Shown: in pieces, positions 18,802-25,518 of the stretch
Numbering within the stretch: position 1 is the stretch's first letter
Layout: each line of letters begins with the position of its first letter
Source: Gemmataceae bacterium
GTDB taxonomy: Bacteria > Planctomycetota > Planctomycetia > Gemmatales > Gemmataceae
Reading direction: 5' to 3'
Assembly: GCA_947474875.1 (NCBI GenBank)
Contig: CANJKY010000001.1
Coordinates: 1-25,518, forward strand
DNA length: 25,518 bases
Translations under genes and position numbers: made by a program
The notes under the pieces: model-generated
Database searches by the model: none
Told to the model about the DNA's origin: nothing
What the model saw: the letters and a program-made list of their open reading frames with translations, nothing else

Positions 18802-20985
18802 ATGCTCCGGGAAGAGCAGATCGAGATCCGCCGGCAGCGGGCGAAGGCCGGGCGGTACGTCATCAGGAACCTGGGCAAGAACCGGGTGTTCTCCGACTAC
18901 GCCGTGTCGAACCCGCAGACCGGCGGGGCGTACACGGTGGCCGTCCGCGGGTTCGACACCGGCGACAACACCTGCACCTGCCCGGACTTCAAGGCGAACA
19001 CCCTCGGCACCTGCAAGCACATCGAGGCGGTGCTGGAGGAGCTGAAGGACGACAACCCGGCGCACGTGCGGAAGAAGAAGGCGGCGGTGGTGCGGCCGGA
19101 GGTGTACCTGCACTACGGCGAGGCCCTGCAACTCGGCATCCACCTGCCGCCGCGGCACACCGACAAGCTCGCGGCAGTGGCGAAGAAGTACTTCGACGAC
19201 AAGGGGCTGTGGTCCGGCCGCGGGCGGTTCGAGGACCTGATCGCGGACGTGGAGAAGGTGCCGGAGGAGGTGACGGTCCGGTCGGACGCGCTCGACTTCC
19301 TGGACCGCGAGCTGGAACGCATCGACATGCGGCGGCGGGAGGACGAGTGGCTGGCGCAACTCGACGCCGGCACCCTCGACCTGAACCTGCTGAGCGTCCC
19401 GCTGTACGACTACCAGACGCGGGGTGCGCTGTTCCTGGCCTGCCGCGGCCGGAGCATCTTGGGCGACGACATGGGGCTGGGCAAAACGATTCAGACGCTC
19501 GCCGCCATCGAGTTGCTGGCCCGCGAGCGGGGGATCAGCCGGGTGCTGGTGGTGGCCCCGGCGAGCGTGAAATACCAGTGGGAAGGGGAGATCCGGAAGT
19601 TCACCAAACGGGCGGTGCAGGTGATCGAGGGCGGGCCGGACGACCGCCAGGACCAGTACGCCGCCGCCACCTTCTACCGGCTGGTGAACTACCAGCAGGT
19701 GGTGCGGGACCGCGACGCCATCAACGCCTGGAACCCGGACCTGATCGTGCTGGACGAGGCCCAGCGGATCAAGAACTGGGAGTCGAAGACCAGCCGGGCG
19801 GTGAAGAAGCTGGTCAGCCGGTACGCCATCGTGCTCACCGGCACCCCGCTGGAGAACAAGCTGGAGGAGCTGTACAGCATCGTCCAGTTCGTGGACGAGC
19901 GGCGGTTCGGCCCGGCCTTCCAGTTCCTGCACGACCACCGCGTGCTGGACGACAAGGGCAACCTGACCGGCTACCGCAACCTGGACACCATCCGCGAGCG
20001 GCTGGAGCCGATCTTCCTCCGCCGCACCCGCGGCGAGGTGCTGACCGAACTGCCGGCCCGCACCGACAACACGGTGTTCGTCGAGCTGAGCGAGGAGCAG
20101 CGGAGGCCCTACGAGGAACAGCGGACCGCCCTCGCCCGCCTGCTCACCAAAAACTTCCTCACCGACCTGGACCGCAAGCGGATCCTGGCCTGCCTGTCGA
20201 ACCTGCGGCTGATCTGCGACAGCACGTTCCTGTTCGACAAAGCCACCCACCACTCGCCCAAGCTGGACGAACTGGCCGACCTGCTGCCCGAACTGCTGTC
20301 CGGTGGGCCGCACAAGCTGGTGGTGTTCAGCCAGTGGGAGACAATGCTCAACCTGGCCGCGTCCACGCTGGAGCGGAAGGGGGTGGGATACGCTCTGCTG
20401 CACGGCGGGCTGAGCGGCAAGGACCGCAAGGCCGCGCTGGAGCGGTTCAAGACCGACCCGAAGTGCCGGGTGTTCCTGAGCACCGACGCCGGCGGGGTGG
20501 GGCTGAACCTGCAGATGGCCGACACGGTGGTGAACCTGGAACTGCCGTGGAACCCGGCAGTGCTGGAGCAGCGGATCGCCCGCGTCCACCGGCTCGGACA
20601 GGAGCGGCCGGTGCGGGTGATTAACCTGGTCACCCGCGGGACGATCGAGGAGCAGGTGCTGCGGACGCTGGAGCGGAAGCAGGGGCTGTTCGCCGGGGTG
20701 TTCGACGGGGAGGAGGACGAGATCGCGTTCGCGGCGGTGAACCCCGGCGGGTTTCTGGACGCGGTGCGGGAGATGATCGGCGAGAAGCGGACCGAGCCGG
20801 TGGTGGAAGCGCCGCCCCCCCTGCCGCCGGCGGTGCCGGCGCTCGACGCCGGCCCGACCCTGCTGCCCACCGCCGTGCAGATGCTCGAATCGCTGGCCGA
20901 GTTGCTGGCGAACCCGGACGCGCGGAAGCGGCTGACGGCCGAGCAGCGGCGACGGATCGCTGCGGCGGTCGAGAAGTTGTCGTAG
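18802..20985 (+). CDS. SNF2-family helicase/ATPase with an N-terminal SWIM zinc finger
   Basis: CTCPDF...CKH (SWIM), GDDMGLGKT, DEAQRIKN, LTGTPLEN, STDAGGVGLNLQ, WNPAVLEQRIARVHR. Confidence 0.93.
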   Translation: MLREEQIEIRRQRAKAGRYVIRNLGKNRVFSDYAVSNPQTGGAYTVAVRGFDTGDNTCTCPDFKANTLGTCKHIEAVLEELKDDNPAHVRKKKAAVVRPEVYLHYGEALQLGIHLPPRHTDKLAAVAKKYFDDKGLWSGRGRFEDLIADVEKVPEEVTVRSDALDFLDRELERIDMRRREDEWLAQLDAGTLDLNLLSVPLYDYQTRGALFLACRGRSILGDDMGLGKTIQTLAAIELLARERGISRVLVVAPASVKYQWEGEIRKFTKRAVQVIEGGPDDRQDQYAAATFYRLVNYQQVVRDRDAINAWNPDLIVLDEAQRIKNWESKTSRAVKKLVSRYAIVLTGTPLENKLEELYSIVQFVDERRFGPAFQFLHDHRVLDDKGNLTGYRNLDTIRERLEPIFLRRTRGEVLTELPARTDNTVFVELSEEQRRPYEEQRTALARLLTKNFLTDLDRKRILACLSNLRLICDSTFLFDKATHHSPKLDELADLLPELLSGGPHKLVVFSQWETMLNLAASTLERKGVGYALLHGGLSGKDRKAALERFKTDPKCRVFLSTDAGGVGLNLQMADTVVNLELPWNPAVLEQRIARVHRLGQERPVRVINLVTRGTIEEQVLRTLERKQGLFAGVFDGEEDEIAFAAVNPGGFLDAVREMIGEKRTEPVVEAPPPLPPAVPALDAGPTLLPTAVQMLESLAELLANPDARKRLTAEQRRRIAAAVEKLS

Positions 20986-21045
20986 CCGCGACCCAGCGGG
21001 GAGCGCGCCGGATGGAACGCGCTCCCCGCTGGGTCGCGGCTACGA
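20980..21045. repeat. Family A REPIN-like palindrome between convergent genes
   Basis: 28-bp perfect stem TCGTAGCCGCGACCCAGCGGGGAGCGCG with a 10-nt loop. It contains the helicase TAG stop at 20983-20985. Confidence 0.93.
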
Positions 21046-21054
21046 AGCCCCGCC

Positions 21055-22038
21055 CTACTCCTTCTCCGTCAGCACCGCCCGCACGTCGGCGGCGGGCACG
21101 GTCAGCTTCACCACCATTTGCAGCGCCGACGGCGTCGGAGCCGGGGCCGCGTCCTTCTTCTTGTCGTCGTCCCGCCGGTTCACCGTCCGGCGGACCATCG
21201 ACTGCCGCGCCTTCCGCACCGCCTTGTCCGCCTGCCCCCCGCCGTCGTCCGGGTAGTCGATGTTCTCGGTCAGCGCCGCCATGCCCACCACGTTCCCGAA
21301 CTTGTCCACCACCGGCGACCCGCTCGACCCGTATGCGTAGTCCGCCGTGATGCTCATCCACCGCGTCTTCGTGTCGTCGTCCTCGGTGTACGTCGAGTAC
21401 CGGCTGACGTGCCCCTGGGTGAACGTGTAGTACCGGTCGCCGGGGTGCCCGAGCACGCCCACCCATGCCCCCACCTTCGCCGGCTTGTCGGCCAGCGGCA
21501 GCGGGGTCAGCCCCTTCCCCGCGATCTTCACCACCGCCACGTCCGCCGCCTTGTCGATCGCCAGCACCTCGACCAGCGGGTACACTTTGCCGTCCGCCGC
21601 CATCGCCCCGTACCACTCGTCGTCCTCGATCTGGTCGAACACGTGCCAGTTGGTGACGAGCACCCCGTCCGCCGTCGCCGCCCACGCCGTCGCCATCCGC
21701 CCCTGGTCGAACCCGTTCTCCTTGTCCCCGGTCACCGACCCGAACAGGAACACGCTCGCCCGCACCCGCTCGCCGACCTCCTCCGGTGACAGCGGCTTGT
21801 CATTGAATTTGGCCGGCGTCACCTTCGCTGTCGCCTTCTTCCTGTCCTCCACCGCCGCCTTCAGGTCGGCCGGCTTCATCCCCTTGTCCGCCTTCACCAA
21901 CTCACCGAGCTTCTTGGTGAAGTCGTCCAGCGTCTTGGTGTCATCCGTGAATTCGACCGCCTGCGGCTTGTCGGCGAGGGAAACCCCGATCGCAGCGAAC
22001 AGGATCAGCACCGGGGCGGACAAACGGAGCGCACGCAT
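21055..22038 (-). CDS. Secreted trypsin-like serine protease without a PDZ domain
   Basis: Signal peptide from ATG 22038 (MRALRLSAPVLILF); triad-like TNWHV, ADVA and GSSGSP. Confidence 0.85.
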   Translation of the reverse strand: MRALRLSAPVLILFAAIGVSLADKPQAVEFTDDTKTLDDFTKKLGELVKADKGMKPADLKAAVEDRKKATAKVTPAKFNDKPLSPEEVGERVRASVFLFGSVTGDKENGFDQGRMATAWAATADGVLVTNWHVFDQIEDDEWYGAMAADGKVYPLVEVLAIDKAADVAVVKIAGKGLTPLPLADKPAKVGAWVGVLGHPGDRYYTFTQGHVSRYSTYTEDDDTKTRWMSITADYAYGSSGSPVVDKFGNVVGMAALTENIDYPDDGGGQADKAVRKARQSMVRRTVNRRDDDKKKDAAPAPTPSALQMVVKLTVPAADVRAVLTEKE

Positions 22039-22089
22039 GGCGGGGTCCGGGTAGGATGGGGCCGAGGAATTGTACCGCAAGGTGTAGCC

Positions 22090-23013
22090 ATGCTGGAACG
22101 CCAACGCTTCCGCGGGTGTCTGCTCGGGCTGGCCGCCGGGGACGCGCTCGGCACCACCGTCGAGTTCTCGTCGCCCGGCTCGTTCGCCCCGCTCACGGAC
22201 ATCGTCGGCGGCGGGCCGTTCCAGTTGAAACCCGGCGAGTGGACGGACGACACGTCGATGGCCCTGTGTCTGGCCGAGAGCTTGGTGGAGAAGGGGTTTG
22301 ACGAGACGCACCAACTCGAAACATACTGCCGGTGGTGGCAGCACGGGCACCTGAGCGTGAAGGGACGGTGCTTCGACATCGGGCTGAAAACTCGGTCCTC
22401 GCTGGCCGCGTACTGGGAGCGGAAGAAGTTCATCCCGGTCCCGGCCGACACCTCCGCCGGCAACGGCAGCATCATGCGGCTGGCCCCGGTGCCGATGCGA
22501 TACGCGGCCAACGCGGAGCAGGCGGTCGAGTACTCGGCCCGGTCGTCCCTCACCACCCACGGGGCAACCGAGTGCGTCGACGCCTGCGGGTACATGGGCG
22601 GGATCATCGTGGCCGCGCTGCACGGCCGATCGAAGGATGAATTGCTGTCACCACGGTTCAGCCCGGTGCCGGGGTTGTTCGAGAAGGTGCCGGTGGCGGC
22701 GAAAATCCGCGAGGTGGCGGACGGGTCGTTCAAGCGGAACGACCCGCCGCAGATCGTCGGCAGCGGGTACGTGGTGAAGTCGCTGGAAGCGGCGCTGTGG
22801 GCGTTTCACCGGACGAGCGACTTCCGGTCCGGGGCGCTGCTGGCGGTGAACCTGGGCGACGACGCGGACACCACCGGGGCGGTGTACGGGCAGATCGCCG
22901 GGGCGTTCTACGGCGACGCCGGCATCCCCACCGGGTGGCGGGCGAAGCTGGCGATGCGGGAGCTGATCGAACAGCGGGCGGACGAGTTGTACGAGTTGGC
23001 CGCCGGCGGCTAA
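22090..23013 (+). CDS. ADP-ribosylglycohydrolase family protein (DraG/ARH-like)
   Basis: GDALG, WTDDTSMAL, GNGSIMR, THG and GDDADTTGA metal-binding motifs. Confidence 0.92.
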   Translation: MLERQRFRGCLLGLAAGDALGTTVEFSSPGSFAPLTDIVGGGPFQLKPGEWTDDTSMALCLAESLVEKGFDETHQLETYCRWWQHGHLSVKGRCFDIGLKTRSSLAAYWERKKFIPVPADTSAGNGSIMRLAPVPMRYAANAEQAVEYSARSSLTTHGATECVDACGYMGGIIVAALHGRSKDELLSPRFSPVPGLFEKVPVAAKIREVADGSFKRNDPPQIVGSGYVVKSLEAALWAFHRTSDFRSGALLAVNLGDDADTTGAVYGQIAGAFYGDAGIPTGWRAKLAMRELIEQRADELYELAAGG

Positions 23014-23026
23014 GCCGCAAGCGGCT
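23013..23026. terminator. Short hairpin between convergent genes
   Basis: AGCCG-CAAG-CGGCT overlaps the ARH stop codon inside a 17-nt gap. It has no T-tract, so its function is uncertain. Confidence 0.3.
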
Positions 23027-23030
23027 CCGA

Positions 23031-24971
23031 CTACTCCCTCCACCGCACGAACGCCTCCAGCGCGAAGTACTCGGGCAACCCCAGCGCGTCGTAGGTCTTG
23101 GCCGTCGCCAGGTTGCGGTCCTCGGCCCGCTGCCAGAACTCGCGGCGGTCGGTGCCGCCGGGGAACATCGCCTTGTCCTTTTGCGACTGGTGCCGGAAGA
23201 TCGCCTGCTTCTTCCGCTCCAGCACCTCGGGGCTCAGCGGCACGGCCATCTCGATCTCGTGCGGCTCCCACTCCTCCCACGCCCCCTTGTACAGCCAGAC
23301 CTCGAACGGCGGAACGGCGTCCGCCTTCCGCGTCCGTCGCACCGCTTCGTACACCGCCTCGGCGCAGGTGCGGTGGGTGCCGTGCGGGTCGGACAACTCG
23401 CCGGCTACGTAGATCTGGTCCGGCTTCAGTCGCCCGAACAGGGCGACGATGTCGTCGATGTCCTGCGGCTGGATCGGGTTCTTCGTCACCGTGCCGGTGC
23501 GGTAGAACCGCAGGTCCATGAACTCCAACTGCTCGGCCGGGATGCCGCACGCCAGCGCCGCCGCCCGCGCCTCCGTCGCCCGGATCATGCCCTTCACCGC
23601 CAGGATTTCGGGGCTGTCCGGCTGGCCAGGCTTCTTGGCGTCGAGGAACTGGTTCACCCGCTCCTTGATGGTGCCGGCGATGCTCTTCTCGGACACGTCG
23701 CCGAACCCGCCCAGGAACTCGTCCACGAAGTCCACGAACCGGCGGGCGTCGTGGTCGAACACGGCGATGTTCCCGCTGGTCATGTACGCGATGTGCACCT
23801 TGTGCCCCTGCTCCACCAGCCGGATGATCGTCCCGCCCATGCTGATCACGTCGTCGTCCGGGTGCGGGCTGAACACCAGGATGGTTTTCGGCTCCGGCCT
23901 GGGTGGATCGGCCTTCCCCTCCAGGCCCCGCCCGCGGCGTTCGGCCGCGCCCCGCCCGGCCGGGTACGGCTGGATGGTGGCCAGCCGGTCGTGGAACACC
24001 GCCTCGCCGATCTTCTCGGCCGGCCCCTGCTCCCGCAGTAGTTCGTACAGGTGGTGCTCGCGGAAGTCGTCGTCGTTCAGCTTCTGCAAGCCCTTCTTCG
24101 CCGTGAGCGCCAGCCACACCACCGCCTGCCGGGTCCGCTCCGGCGTCCAGTTCACCGGCCCCACCTCCCACGGCCGCTTCACCGCCGTCGTCTCGGCCGC
24201 CGCCGCCGGGTCGAGCAGGAACAGGGCGTCCGGGTGCTCCTGCAGGAAGCTGGCCGACACCGCCTCGGTCGGCGGCTGCTCCACCGCCTTCACCACCGTC
24301 GGCGCCTTGTGCTCGCCGAACGCCATCAGGAACACCCGGCGGGCGTCCAGGATGCTGGCGACCCCCATCGTGATCGCCTGATTCGGCACGTTCTCCTCGC
24401 CGAAGAACCCGGCGGCCGCGTCCCGGCGGGTGATGCTGTCCAGGATGACCATGCGGGTGCGGCTGTTCCGCGGGCTGCCGGGTTCGTTGAACCCGATGTG
24501 CCCGGTGCGGCCGATGCCCAGGATCTGGATGTCGATCCCGCCGGCCTCGCGGATCTTCCGCTCGTAGCTCAGGCAGAACTCCTCCACCTCGTCCGGGTCC
24601 AGGGTGCCGTCCGGGATGTGGATGTTCTCCCACTTGATGTTGATGTGGCTGAACAGGGTGTCGTGCATCCACTTGAAGTAGCTGTGCGGGTCCTCCTTCG
24701 GGATGGGGAAGTACTCGTCCAGGTTGAACGTGACCACGCGGGAGAAGTCCAGCCCCTCCTCCTTGTGCATGCGGATGAGCTCGCGGTACAGCCCGACCGG
24801 GGTGCTGCCGGTGGCCAGGCCGAGCACCGTGGGCTTGTTGGCCGCGTTGCGGGCGCGGACCAGCTTGTCGATCTCGCGGGCCACGTACCGGCCGGCGGCG
24901 GTGCTGTTCGGGAACAGGAGGGCGGGGACGCGGGTGTGCGGCAGCAGGTGGTGCTGGTTCGGCGGGGGCAT
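23031..24971 (-). CDS. nagB: Glucosamine-6-phosphate deaminase fused to a PIG-L/LmbE-like domain (long NagB)
   Basis: LGLATGSTP, TFNLDEY, ILGIGRTGHIGFNEPGS (NagB), then FSPHPDDDVISMGG, YMTSGN and DPHGTH (PIG-L-like). Confidence 0.93.
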   Translation of the reverse strand: MPPPNQHHLLPHTRVPALLFPNSTAAGRYVAREIDKLVRARNAANKPTVLGLATGSTPVGLYRELIRMHKEEGLDFSRVVTFNLDEYFPIPKEDPHSYFKWMHDTLFSHINIKWENIHIPDGTLDPDEVEEFCLSYERKIREAGGIDIQILGIGRTGHIGFNEPGSPRNSRTRMVILDSITRRDAAAGFFGEENVPNQAITMGVASILDARRVFLMAFGEHKAPTVVKAVEQPPTEAVSASFLQEHPDALFLLDPAAAAETTAVKRPWEVGPVNWTPERTRQAVVWLALTAKKGLQKLNDDDFREHHLYELLREQGPAEKIGEAVFHDRLATIQPYPAGRGAAERRGRGLEGKADPPRPEPKTILVFSPHPDDDVISMGGTIIRLVEQGHKVHIAYMTSGNIAVFDHDARRFVDFVDEFLGGFGDVSEKSIAGTIKERVNQFLDAKKPGQPDSPEILAVKGMIRATEARAAALACGIPAEQLEFMDLRFYRTGTVTKNPIQPQDIDDIVALFGRLKPDQIYVAGELSDPHGTHRTCAEAVYEAVRRTRKADAVPPFEVWLYKGAWEEWEPHEIEMAVPLSPEVLERKKQAIFRHQSQKDKAMFPGGTDRREFWQRAEDRNLATAKTYDALGLPEYFALEAFVRWRE

Positions 24972-25061
24972 AGAGGGTCGTGGGTCCGCGGGAGGGTAGG
25001 TCCGGGGAATACGGTTGTCTTACGGCCGGACGCCGGGGGCGGCACCGACTACCAAGACAGC

Positions 25062-25463
25062 ATGAACCCGCTCGGCGTCACCCACCTCGACCACTGCTCC
25101 GTCATCGTCACCGACGTGGCCGCGGCCCGCGCGTTCTACGGCGGGGTGCTCGGCCTGCACGAGATCCCCGCCCCGAAGGAGTTCGATTTCGTGGCCGTGT
25201 GGTACGACCTGGGCGGGACGTACCTGCACCTGCTGCTCAAGCCGCACCCGGACACCATCAGCCCGCGGCACTTCTGTCTGCACGTGGCGGACGCGGCGGT
25301 GGCGCGGGAGGCGCTTCGGGCGAAGGGCGTACCCATCGACGAGACGGTGACGATCGCGGCGGCCGGCCGGTTCTTCGTCCGCGACCCGGACGGCAACCGC
25401 ATCGAGTTGTTGCAGTGGCGGCGGCGGTACGAGCCGGAGAGCGACGGGCGGTGGGCCGAATGA
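25062..25463 (+). CDS. VOC/glyoxalase family protein
   Basis: HLDHCSVIVTDV...FYGGVLGL, HFCLHV and FVRDPDGNRIEL. Start ATG 25062. Confidence 0.88.
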   Translation: MNPLGVTHLDHCSVIVTDVAAARAFYGGVLGLHEIPAPKEFDFVAVWYDLGGTYLHLLLKPHPDTISPRHFCLHVADAAVAREALRAKGVPIDETVTIAAAGRFFVRDPDGNRIELLQWRRRYEPESDGRWAE

Positions 25464-25473
25464 TGGGGATTTT

Positions 25474-25518
25474 GTAGCCGCGACCCAACGGGGAGCGCGT
25501 TGGAACTGAACGCGCTCC
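25474..25518. repeat. Family A REPIN-like palindrome, truncated by the window edge
   Basis: GTAGCCGCGACCCAACGGGGAGCGCGTT (one substitution relative to the other copies), loop GGAACTG, and the right arm beginning AACGCGCTCC. Confidence 0.9.

Noticed and set aside
23900-23965. NagB interdomain linker as another repeat insertion
   Set aside because: It has only a 9-nt duplication and a 6-bp hairpin, no match to the repeat families, and a length similar to linkers recalled from other long NagB proteins.
11374-25463. Many long overlapping ORFs (for example 11676-13847, 18793-20589, 22648-24672, 24051-25463)
   Set aside because: These are antisense or off-frame shadows expected in roughly 70% GC DNA. 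They are Arg/Gly/Pro-rich, lack motifs, and overlap well-supported genes.

Overview
High-GC window from a planctomycete, most likely Gemmataceae (DUF1559 protein, PEP-CTERM protease, Cys/Pro-rich secreted protein, D/R-rich leaders). It holds about 21 mostly housekeeping or accessory CDSs: MBL hydrolase, glpK, a large vWA protein, carA, peroxiredoxin, a heme-c sensor kinase, nfi, Fur, a SWIM-SNF2 helicase, a trypsin-like protease, an ADP-ribosylglycohydrolase and a long nagB. I saw no rRNA, tRNA, CRISPR array or transposase. The most unusual signal is non-coding: a dense population of REP/REPIN-like long palindromes from at least five sequence families. One 63-nt copy sits in frame inside glpK and adds 21 codons. 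A sister copy supplies the helicase stop codon, and another locus is a nested repeat-within-repeat. Nearly all intergenic copies begin within 12 nt of a stop codon. Three families share a CCGCGA-N6-9-GAGCG core. The best protein-level candidate for new biology is an 888-aa vWA protein with a histone-H1-like Lys/Ala/Pro tail and a long C-terminal region I cannot assign. All calls come from reading motifs by eye; no database searches were run.
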